NCBI GenBank assembly: GCA_043228905.1
Contig: JBHGNT010000014.1
Coordinates: 2,666,001 to 2,730,000, forward strand
Direction of reading: 5' to 3'
Origin: Azolla caroliniana
Taxonomy: Eukaryota; Plantae; Polypodiophyta
DNA: 64,000 bases
Both the position numbers and the translations under genes were made by a program. The notes under the pieces are model-generated. The model ran no database searches and had not been told where the DNA came from. It saw only the letters and a program-made list of their open reading frames with translations. The first letter of the stretch is position 1. Every line of letters starts with the position of its first letter. Shown one piece after another: positions 13,699 through 25,500 of this stretch.

Positions 13699-15239
13699 GT
13701 CCCGATGATCACCAAGAACTTGGTATCAATCAGACAGATCGTTGACCAAGGGATGCAAGTTCGATTCACTCACATCGGGTGCTTCATCAAAGAAGAATGC
13801 CGAATTATCGTGAACGGTGCTGAGAAGGGAGGATGTTTATCCTCGAGACGTACAACGTTGGCACCGCTATGTTCGCCAAAGGGTAGAAGGTGGAATCAGA
13901 CATTAACCTATGGCACAAGTGGATCGGCCACATCAACTTCCCTCTGCTTCAAGAGATGCAGACAAAGAACATCGTTTTCGGCTTGCCAAAAATTAGTGGC
14001 TGGAAGGGCCAAGTCTGCGAAGCTTGTCAGTTCAGGAAGCAACACTAACTTCCATTCCCCAATGAGTGTAATCGGAGCCGTAACAATCTCGATTCAATCC
14101 ATTCGGACGTATGGGGGCCGGTGTAGAATGTGAGCATTAGTGGGAGCCGTTACTTTGTAACCTCCATCGATGCTTACACTTGGCATACTTGGGCATGTCT
14201 GACCGAGAAGAAAAGCGAAGTCTTCTCCTATTTCTTGAAGGTGAAGAGCCTTACCAAATGGGAGACTGGATGTAAGATCAAATGCCTTCAGACCGATGGC
14301 AAAAAAGAGTACTTTTTAAACCAGTTCTCAAGCTATCTGCAAGAGGTAATTCGACGTGAGTTCTCTTGCAGATACACACCGGAGCAAAATGGCATGGACG
14401 AATGGAAGAATTGAACCATTGAGGGAGCGGCAAGGGCAATGCTTGAGGAGAAGCATATACCGAAGTTCTACTAGACTGAAGTGATCAAGATGGCCGTTTA
14501 CCAGTAGAATCAGACACTTGAGGGTGTTCGCCAGCATAGCATATGTGCATGTGCCGAAGGAGAAGTGGAGGAAGCTGGACATCAAAGCCGAGAAGTGCAT
14601 ATTGGTCGACTACTCAGGTGAGCAAAAGGGTTTAAATGTTATAACCCTTGGACGAAATAGGCATAAGTTAGACATGATGTCGTATTCGATGAATTGGCTT
14701 CGTGGTATCATCCTCTGACCAATCCAACCCCCTTTGACTCTATGCAAAATTCTGAAGATGAGGCCAGTGAGGCCGACCTCATGGTTGAGGAAGAAATCGG
14801 CACTCTAGAAGAGAGTCTGATCTCATTCCAGCTAAGTAGGCTGAATGAGGAGCAAAGCTGAAACGGGTGGCCGAATGTGGAGTTGGCGAGTAGTGGAGAC
14901 TTGGTCGTGCAATCCCCACGGATGAAGCTGAGGAGACGGCTTACCTGCAAAGAGAAAGGCAAGAAGAAGATATCGGAATATGGCACAAAAGCAGGCATGT
15001 CAGATTGGTGTGAGTCCGATGATGCGGTGAGTGATTGTGGTTCTCAGGAACTGAGCACGGATTCTGCCAAAAGGGCCTTGAAGATGGCCAATGAAAGGTT
15101 ATGTCGATCAACCCTCCACAAGAACCCCATGATCCAATACATGAATAATGAGTATATGGTGCATCATTATGCGTATATGATGAAACTAGTAGAGATACGC
15201 GAGCTGCAGAGCTACGTGGAGGCGACATGAGATGCCAAG

Positions 15240-17377
15240 TGTCACAGACATGACAACAGTCATGTCAAGATTTGAACTCTTGACCTCTTATATATAGTCA
15301 AGTGTTGTGTTCTAACTAACACGTCCAAATATATGGTCATGTTATGTATATCTATCTTAGTAGATTATTAGTAAATGATCTATTTTAAGTTCTAGGAGTT
15401 TTTAGAAAGTTCTAGAACTAGAAGGTTCTAGAATATTCTCCCGAATATTCTAATGCATGTACTTCGACCCAGAGTATAAATACTTGTAACCTCCTTGGTC
15501 CTTTTCAAGGGATTCAACGCCAGTCATTGACAGATCAATCTAGTATTCTTGTTTTGCCCCATCTTCTCTCCTTGATTTACATCTCTGGCTTTATGCTCTT
15601 GTATTGTTCCTAGCGTCTTAAGTTCCTCATCTCGTTGCTCCCAACTTCCCGAGTTTCTATTCTCATCATGTCCCCTTCTACGTTCATAACCTTATTGTCG
15701 TAGCCTCGTCATCTGTGCTTTGTCGTAGTCTAGGGTTGGTGTGTCCAGGACAGTTTGAATCCCTTCCAATTGGCAACATCACTCGTCTTCGTCATCGTCA
15801 TTGCTTCTAGAGTTACCACCGTCACCGTCCTTGCTTCTAGAGTTACCGTCATCAACATTCCTTCATTTCCTATCTTCCTTGCTATCTCTATCTCCTAGTT
15901 TCTCCTCATCATCGTCTCTGTTTTTTAGTTTCTTCTCATCCTCCACATATCTATCTCTGTTTTTCTTATCATCATCATATCCCTATCTTTGCACTTCTTA
16001 TCATCTTCCACATCGCTATCTTTTCTTTTTTTTTCATTGTCATTATTCTCCTTGTGTTTCTTGTCGTTTTCATCTCTATCTATGTGTTTCTTATCATCTT
16101 CGTCCCTGTCACTGGGTTTTCTATCATCCTCTATATCTCTTTCTTTGTGTTTCTTATTATCCTCAATGTCTCGATCTCTGTGTTTCTTATCCTTTTCATC
16201 TATTTCTTTGTTTTTCCATCATTGCCATAGTCACAATCATTGCTTCTAGAGACGTTTCCTCAACATCATTGTCTTCATGGCTTCGTCTTTGACATCATCA
16301 TCTTCCGCACCTCTTGGTGTCTTCATCAACACTACTTTGCCTAGGCTTCATCGACGTCAAGTGTCCCAGTTCTTGGTGAGTACCACACGTGGTCGCTCAC
16401 GCCCGTTGGTGTTCACATCTCCGGTGAGGACTGCACATGGTCGCTCACGCTCGTTGCTGTTCTAGTTCCCGGTGAGGACCACACATAGTCATTCATTTTA
16501 GTTGGTGTTCGTGTGTCAAGTGAGGACCGTACATGGTCTCTCACACCTGTTGGTGTTCGTGTCTCCGGTGAGGACCGCACATGGTCGCTCATACTCATTG
16601 GTGTTCCAGTTCCTAGTGAGGACCTTACATGGTCGCTCACACTCATGTTGGTGTTCTAGTCTCCGGTGAGGACCGAATGTGGTTGCTCACGCTCACGTTG
16701 GTGTACCAGTATTCGGTGAGGACCACACATGGTTGCTCGCATTCACCCGTGCTCCCATTTATGGTGAGGACTGGTCATGGTCACTCACTCCTCAATGTAC
16801 TTTGGTTTTCTCTTTCAACTCACTTCTACACCATGCTTTCGAAAAGGCGGCCATAAAGGGGACGATAATGTCACAGACATGAGAACAATCATGTCAAGAT
16901 TTGAACTCTTGATCTCTTATATATAGTCAAGTGTTGTGTTCTAACTAACACGTCCAAATATATGGTCATGTTATGTATATCTTAGTAGATTATTAGTAGA
17001 TTATCTATTTCAAGTTCTAGGAGTTTTTAGAAAGTTCTAGAACTAGAAGGTTCTAGAATATTCTCCCAAATATTCTAATGCACATACTTCGACCCAGAGT
17101 ATAAATACTTGTAACCTCCTTGGTCCTTTTCAAGGGATTCAACGCCAGTCATTGACAACTCAATCTAGTATTCTTGTTTTGCCCCATCTTCTCTCCTTGA
17201 TATACATCTCTGGCTTTATGCTCTTGTATTGTTCCTAGCGTCTTAAGTTCCTCATCTCGTTGCTCCCAACTTCCTGAGTTTCTATTCTCATCATGTCCAC
17301 TTCCACGTTCATAACCTTATTTTCGTAGCCTCGTCATCTGTGCTTTGTCATAGTCTAGGGTTGATGTGTCCGTGACA
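15240..17377 (+). mobile_element. Non-autonomous LTR element (LTRs 15240-15752 and 16869-17377), non-coding interior
   Basis: TG...CA LTR pair, perfect TSD CCAAG, purine-rich tract before the 3' LTR, no retroelement ORF. Confidence 0.92.
16370..16790 (+). repeat. Tandem repeat, ~48-50 bp unit, about 9 copies
   Basis: Recurring GGTGAGGACC(G/A)CACATGGTCGCTCAC core. Confidence 0.9.
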
Positions 17378-19361
17378 CCAAGTGGAGAGTAGCCATGGAG
17401 GAAGAGATGCATGCATTGGCCAAAAATGAGACTTGGGACCTGGTTGACGCCGCCAAGGAGTGAAGCTGATTGGATGCAGGTGGGTGTATAAGGTAAAATA
17501 CAATGTTGATGGTTCAATAGGTACAAGGCTCGACTAGTGGCCAAGGGCTAGATGCAGCAACACGACATTGACTATGACGGGACATTCGCGTCGGTTGCCA
17601 AGATGACAACCATTCAGATGCTGCTGGCTGTAGCGGTGATGAAGGGATGGCACCTGCACCAAATGGAGGTGAAGAATGCATTCCTGCAAGGAGAGCTTGA
17701 GGTACATGTGTACTTGATATAGCCCCCCAAGGTTGGAATGCCAAAATTACACAGCGTTTGTGTAAGATGGGTTTTTCTCTATCAACGTTGTATACTTGTT
17801 CATTCAATAGGGTCGGAACATGACAATTAGCATACTGCTATATGTGGATGACTTGGTCATTGTCGGCGCCGACATAGAAGAAATCAACCACATGAAGTCC
17901 CAACTTGCCACAACGTTTGATATAAAGGATCTGGGGAATCTTCATTACATCCTCAGGATCGAAGTGATCCGCATCGCGGAAGGCATACTAGTCAGCCAAC
18001 GACATTATGTGTTGAGTATGCTCTTCAAGTTCGGAGTGATGGATTGCAAATCTATCTTGACTCCTCTTGAAAAGAATGTCAAGCTTCACGCTGAATCGAG
18101 AACAACATGTGACTTGACACGGTTACGACAAATAGTCGGAAGCTTGATTTACTTGACCATCACCTGGCCGGACCTCAACTATTTGGTCACACTAATAAGT
18201 TAGTTTATTTTGACAATCCTCAATCGATCACCTTCAATGCGCACAATGGATCTTGAGATATGTGAGCGACATGAAGGATAGGGCGTTGCTATATCAGACC
18301 AGCTTAGCTACATAGTTGGTCGACTACATGGTTGCCGATTGGGCCAAAAATACCGGAAATCGTAGGTCTACATCCGGATATGTGTTTTCACTTAGGAGCG
18401 CCATTATCGCCTTGTGCAACAAAATGCAGTTGATAGTGGCACTGTCGAGCATTGAGGTCGAGTACAAAGGAGCGGTTGTTGTAACCTGTGAAGCCGTGCC
18501 ATTAAGATGACTATTGAAAGATCTACGGGTGGAGGTGTCTGAGCTGACCATGATATATTGTGACAACCTCAACAACATTCCGCTAGCCAAGAACCCCATC
18601 TTCCATGCCCATACAAAGCACATTGAGGCGCATTATCATTTTGTCCATGAGCGAGTGTGTCAAAGTTAATATGCGGAAGCTTTGACGAACCGGTTCACCT
18701 GGATAGCAACAGAAAGAGTGCAGGTTTAATGGAAGCTTCACAAAACACAGTTAGAGAGTGGGAGAGACAGAGAAAGCAGAACAGTCAAAATTTTAACACT
18801 CTTTCTTACATACAATGTCGTATAGAACACTTTTTATACAAGTCCTTAAAAGGATTGACAGAAGTACTGACATGTACTTCAATGCTCATATGAGTGACTG
18901 ACACTAACTCCTATATGCCTTCGTACTAGGCTAGATCCGTAGGCATCTAACGACCTACAGTTTACAATCCGATCCGGCTCTCCAATATGTCTCTTGGTTC
19001 CGAACACCGATTCAGACATTGACTTGGCTCTCTGTTCTGGATTCCGATTCGGCTCCGGTTTATTCAACCGATCCGGATACGGTTGAGCTTGTCCACTCAA
19101 CACTCCCCCTCAAGCTCAACTTGAGGTCAGATCGAGGTGTCAGTGTTTGCCGATCCTTCCCTCCGGCTCCACCTGGTGTCCTCTCGCCTTTCTCACGCTC
19201 CTCGTCCCGTTCGGTCTCGCTTTCCTCAACCTGTCTGGTTTCGCGCCTCTCGACCTTCTCGGTTGGCTTGTCTGCTCAACAGGCCCATCTCAACTCCTTT
19301 GTTGTTGCGACTTCGGTGCTTCTTGACCCGTCGATTCCATCGTGTCAGTGTCGACTTCTGC

Positions 19362-19731
19362 TGTCATGAAGGATTCTGGCCATAGACAAAGACGAAGCAG
19401 GATGCGCGTGAACGGGTGTGTGCACGGATGTAGACAAATCAAGTAATATGTACACACATATGTGAATAGTATAGTGTTAGTTGAGTATTGGTCATTACTA
19501 ACCTTATGAGTGATTGGTAGGTACTTTATGGTCACACAATTTAAGGAATAACAGTGATTGAGGGGAGGAGATCAAGGACAGAATCGGGTAGGATGGAAAG
19601 CGACTGCCTTTATTGATGATGTAATGGCCTCCCCTTGTTCTATAAAAGGGGAGGTTAGAGTTTGTTTTAGGGATCCACGATTCAAGAGGATAAAGTGCTA
19701 TAGGTTTGAGTGCCGAGCTCTCTCTCTTCTC

Positions 19732-19798
<67 letters not shown>

Positions 19799-20330
19799 CT
19801 CCAGGAAGAAGGTGAAGCCTCTGCTCGCGCAGGAAGCCCGTGAGCTCCCGACCAAATGTTCACCATTTTGAGTTTCTGTGTGTGTGTGTGTCTCGGGAGC
19901 GCTTAGTGCTGCTGCTGGCCGTGCCCGATTGTACTCTTCCTGACTCTCTATTAATCATTAGTGTTTGCTGAGTTTCTTCTCGTGTTGGGTATTACCTCAT
20001 TGCCCCTACTTGTTGCGTGTTTGTTCCGCTCCGAGCTCGTGTTCTTATTCCCATTTTGTTCTTGTGGTGTGTGCGTTCAAAGCCTTGAGACCGAGAGCTC
20101 ACCACTGCTGCCCGACATCCTACCCGGAACAATACACTTCTTCAGGTCGTGCACTAACTGGTTGGGATCCGGAATTGTTCCGGATCGAAACCGCACCCGA
20201 AAACCGATCCGGTGAAGCTATTCAGACTCCGACCTGAACCAACCTTCTCCCTTACTAGCTCCTTGGTTTGAAACCCTGGTGATCCCGTCCCATTTCTACG
20301 CATCCCAACGGAAACCCGCGATACGGGTAC
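19362..20330 (+). mobile_element. LTR-like insertion, probably truncated, with a (CT)n tract at ~19735-19795
   Basis: Starts TGTCA, TATAAAAGGG at ~19641 followed by a CT-rich leader; interrupts the copia tail; no clear CA end or TSD. Confidence 0.5.
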
Positions 20331-21742
20331 CTTCTAGTTCATTTGGCCTTGAGTTGATTCGACTCCTCCAAATCAGACTCCACCTCTGAATCGGCTGCCT
20401 CCAATTCGTCCAACTCTTGCCCAAATTGGTTGTCTCCAATTCTTCCTCAACCATGTCCAGGTCTTGGCCTTCTTCTTCCCTGTCGGCTTTGTCCTTCTTG
20501 AGTCTACCGACGTCGCCGCTTGTTCTGACTTGTTCGGATGTGGCGACTTCTTCAATCGACTCGGCTCCGTTTTCTTCTTATCTCCCCCTATTTCTGTTTC
20601 ATTCTCTCCGGCTCCTTGTCCGGTGCCATTACCTGTTTTCCCAGTTTCTGTTCTGGTTGTCCCTGTACCAATACCGGTTCCCCCCCTCAAGTGCGGCATG
20701 TCAAGATGCTGAAGACCAAGCATCTCTGAAAAATGTTGCAACTTGTCGGCTTTGAGTGCCTTGGTGAAGACGTCGGCAACCTGCCGATCTGTCCGGACAT
20801 ACTGGAGTTTGACTTCACCGTTGAGGACCTTCTGTTAATGGGGTGGGGGTAAAGCCTTCTCCCAAGGGGAATTACGTGTGAGGGAGAGAGAGAAAGAGAG
20901 AAGTAGCAAATGACACAGAAAATGAAGGGAGGAAAAGCTATATTCATTACATGCCCCATAGGGGTTTATATAATACATCAATGTAACGGTTACATGAGCT
21001 TTTATAAATAAGACCATTACGCATTCTTGTACACATGCACATAATTGTGCATGTGTTCATACACATACTCATCCTCACACACTCATTCATATTACACATT
21101 ACACACCTTAGACATTACACACCATACACATTACACGTTAACCCTCCCGTACACCTATACGGCTAACACTTGGCACGCCAGTGGAACAATGCATTGCATG
21201 TTGAACCCACAAGCCCATGCCAAAAACTCTTGTTGACCGGAACTCCATCGGTCTTCTCTTCTCTCACGGTCAGAAATCCGTTGACCGAATTACTGCTCTA
21301 CGATCGATAGCTTCAATCAGAGCTGGCTTGACACGAACCTTCTCGTTCGGTCAGCATAATCGCACAATTAGATCACACCCCAATCAGCTTATCCACTGTG
21401 GTACAGTCGTTTAGGTTTATCAATGATTGTGGGTGTATATATATATATGTTTTTTTTTTTCGTAGTGTGAGTAGTTTTGAGTTTTTGTACCCTTGCATTT
21501 GCGGCACTGATCTCTTCATCAAGAAGGAAGGGAGGAACCAAGTAGCTGATCCTTCCTTCTCTACCTCAGGGAACCAACAAAACTCTTATTGTCATCTTCA
21601 AGGGTATTGATCTCGAAGCATAGAGCTCTTCATGCAAGCTTCATTTCTCTGCACCCTCATCCTCTCACTTGTCCTCTTCACAATATTGATAGAAGCCACA
21701 ACATCTGTTCTTGAATTGCCTAGCAACAATGGTGGTGTGAAT

Positions 21743-22481
21743 TGTTGGGATTTCGGTCCCTCCGGATGGGATGTCCGGAGATGAATGACGGCAAGCCCGG
21801 TTAAGGTTACGGAGCCGGATGACGAATGTACCCGGAGAGAGATCCGGATGACGGCAAGCCCGGTTCCGGTTACGGAGCCGGATGACGAATGTACCCGGAG
21901 AGAGATCCGGATGACGGCAAGCCCGGTTCCGGTTACGGAGCCGGATGATGAAGACCCTGGCTACGGAGCCGGATGCTGAAGACCCCGGTAACGGAGCCGG
22001 ATGACGAATGTACCCGGAGAGAGATCCGGATGCGGGGACATATTTGTGAATATGTTTTGCCAAGAGCCCTTGAGGCTATATTTGTAAATAGCCCTAAAGT
22101 CATATGTGTATAAATATGACTTAGGGCAATCAGTTTAAATGTTGTTGCTCATTTTATGTTTTCAGCCGAGAGAGCGAAGTGAGAGCAGCCGAGAGAGAGA
22201 GAGAGAGAGAGAGAAAGGAAGAGGTCGACGCCTCTGTGTATTACCGCCGCCTGTGGCGAAGACAGTGAGCTCAAGGTTGTTGCCTTGTAGCTTCACCATT
22301 GTACATCTCAGTGTATAGTGATAGTTGGAGTTTGAGGACTCCCGTGGTTTTTTCCCATTTAGGGTTTTCCACGTAAAATTCCAGTGTACCTTTTCTCTCT
22401 ACTGTCCTCGTGCACTTTGTATTTCCCAATTTCTGTGAGTTGATCCTATTCCTCGGTTGTGGCCGAGCATTGTTTATAACA
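21743..22481 (+). repeat. 5' LTR of copia H
   Basis: TGTT...AACA; 63-bp tandem units and (GA)n. Confidence 0.97.
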
Positions 22482-22484
22482 AAG

Positions 22485-22496
22485 TGGTATCAGAGC
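22485..22496 (+). promoter_or_regulatory. Primer binding site, tRNA-iMet
   Basis: TGGTATCAGAGC. Confidence 0.97.
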
Positions 22497-22512
22497 GACG
22501 GTAACACAGAAA

Positions 22513-25500
22513 ATGGAAGGCGGCGGTGGTGGGCCTCCGGGCATGATGGTGTTGAACTCACAGAACTACGCCGACTGGAAGATAAAGATGGAAGACCTTC
22601 TCATCGTCCGAGACCTGTACGAACCGATCGACAATGCCGAGATACCCAAGGGGGTAATAGAGTCGGAGTGGAAGCTCCTGAACCGGAAAGCTGTAGCGAC
22701 GATCCGGCAATATGTCGATGTAAGTGTCCTACAACATGTGGCGAACGATACGAACGCCTATGAGATGTGGAAGAAGCTGTCGGGTCTCTACGAGAGGAAG
22801 AATGCGTTGAACCGGACCTCCCTGATGAGGAAGATAGTGAACCTCAAGTACCGCGACGGCGAGAATATGGTGGAACACGTGAGCACGTTCATGGGATTCG
22901 TGAATCAGCTTGCGGCGATCAAGTTCCCGTTGGAGGATGCAATGCAAGCCATCATTCTGATGTGTACATTGCCGGAAAGCTGGGAGAACTTGGTGGTGAC
23001 TCTCAGCACCTCCTGCACGGAAGACAACTTGTCCCTACAAACGGTAAAGACAAGTATTTTGAACGAAGAAGCGCGTCGGAGAGATAAAGAACCGGCCTCC
23101 GACTCGAAGGTGCTGCTTACCGAATCGGAACGGGGAAGACAATGGAACCGGAGTCCGCAAAGACGGGAGAAGTCGGGGACCCGGTCGCAGTCAAGAGGAA
23201 GACCCACATGCTTCCACTGTGGGAAGCCGGGGCACTTCCGGAAGAATTGTCGGCATTACCGAAAGGACAACGGAGCCGACGACACCGATTCGAAGAAGTC
23301 ACCGGAGAGAAACGGTGCATACCGGGGAGCCACGGACCGGAGAGGTTCGGATCGGCGAGGGCAGGACCGGAAAGGAACGACGGCACTCGCGGCAAGTGAA
23401 GAGGAGATCATGCTCATCACCGAAGAAGGTGAACTAAACATTGCCGGCGATGAGACGACCTGGGTGGTCGATTCCGGAGCATCGTTCCACCTGACCCCGG
23501 AGAGAAGATACTTCTCATCCTACACAGCCGGTGAGCATGGCTGTGTCCGGATGGGAAATGAAGGCACATGCCGGATTGCCGGCATAGGAGACGTGTGGTT
23601 GACAACCCCGACCGGATGCAAAATGCTGCTGAAGGATGTCAGACACGTTCCGGAGGTTCGATTGAACCTGATTTCGGCCGGGAGGCTAGACGATGAAGGC
23701 TACACAGGTAGCATCCGGAACGGCGTAATGAAGTTCAGCAAGGGGAGCCTGATAGTGGCTCGGGCCCGGAAAGTCAACACTCTGTACCTGATGAATGCCC
23801 GATTATGTCCGGAAGAGCTGAATGTGGCAGCCGACACTGCCGGTGAGCTGTGGCACAAAAGACTGTGCCACATGAGTGAGAAGGGGATGAAGAGGCTTGC
23901 AGAAGACAACCTTATTCCAGTGAAGCATGTGCACCTGGAGAAGTGCACCGACTGCCTGGCCGGTAAGCAAAACCGGACCTCCTTCCACTCAAGGCCACCG
24001 ACGAGACGTAGCGCACCATTGGAGCTGGTGCACACTGATGTGTGTCAGGTAGAAACGAAGTCACATGGCGGAGCCCAGTACTTCGTGACATTCATTGATG
24101 ATCACAGCCGGAAGCTGTGGACGGCACCGTTGAAGACAAAGGACCAAGTGTTGTCCGTCTTCAAAGAACTCCACGCGAGAGTGGAAAGAGAATCCGGCAA
24201 GAAGCTGAAAGCGATACGAGCGGATAACGGAGGGGAATACCGGGGGCAGTTCGCGGAGTACTGTCGCTCGAAAGGAATCCGGCTCGAGTTTACTGTGCCG
24301 AAGACGCCGGAACTGAACGGGCTGGCCGAGAGGATGAACCGGACCATAATGGAGAGGGTCCGGAGTATGCTGGCGCATGCGAAATTGCCCAAGGGGTTTT
24401 GGGCTGAGGCGATGTCGACGGCGACATACGTGATAAACAGATCACCCTCAGTACCTTTGGACGGAGACACGCCGCAGAGAGTGTGGACCGGTAGGAAAGT
24501 ATCCTACCGGCATCTGAAGGTGTTCGGGTGTCTCGCTTACGTGCATGTGGCAAAGGACCGGAGAGGAAAGCTAGATCCAAAGACCCGGCCATGCATATTC
24601 CTCGGTTACGGCGACGACGAGTTCGGCTACCGAGTATGGGACCCGGTCGACAAGAAGATATTCAGGAGTCGAGACATCATCTTCATGGAGGACAAGACAC
24701 TCGCCGACTTGGAGTCGGAGAAGAAGATGAAGAGCTCCAAGTCGACCGGTGAGGATCAACTCTACGAGGAGCAGTCCCGACCGGCAAGGGACCGGTTAGC
24801 ACTCGAGGATCCGGCCGAAGACGGGGAAGAAACAGAACCGGCCGAAGAAGATGAAAATGATACCGGGACCGGCCCCGATCCCGAAATGGATTCGGATGAA
24901 GAAGAATCGGAAGAACCGGTTACCGAAGCTCCGGAACGGAGATATCCTCTAAGGGAGAGAAGGGCCCCCCGGAGATTTCCGGAACCAGAGCACGTGCTGC
25001 TAACCGACGAGGGGGAGCCGGAGAGCTTTGAAGAAGCAAAGCATGACACCCAGAGCCGCAGGTGGTTGAGTGCCATGCAGGACGAGATGGATTCCCTGCA
25101 TGAGAACCACACATATGAACTTGTGGAGCTGCCGAAAGGAAAACGGGCACTCCGCAACAAGTGGGTGTTCAAGCTGAAACCGGGAGATGCCGGAAACCCC
25201 CCGAGATACAAAGCCAGGATCGTGGTGAAGGGGTTTCAGCAGAAGAAGGGAGTCGACTTCGACGAGATATTTGCCCCGGTAGTGAAGATGACCTCCATCC
25301 GGACGGTGCTGAGCATAGCGGCAAGCATGGACCTCGAGGTAGAACAGATGGACGTGAAGACGGCATTCCTTCACGGTGACCTCGAAGAAGAGATCTACAT
25401 GCAACAACCGGAAGGATTTGAGAAGAAAGGGAAGGAGCACCTGGTATGCCGGTTGAAGAAGAGCCTTTACGGACTGAAGCAGGCTCCCCGGCAATGGTAC

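Larger units (their letters stand above)
11114..18655 (+). mobile_element. Decayed copia element E: 5' LTR 11114-11531, PBS 11532-11542, gag-PR-INT-RT-RH pseudogene; hosts two insertions
   Basis: TGGTATCAGAG after the LTR; DSG protease, YVDD (17820 ORF), RNase H ADWA/CDN/KHIE motifs with many stops. Confidence 0.9.

Noticed and set aside
16370-16790. CRISPR-like array
   Set aside because: Units are degenerate tandem repeats without unique spacers, inside a eukaryotic LTR element, with no cas genes.
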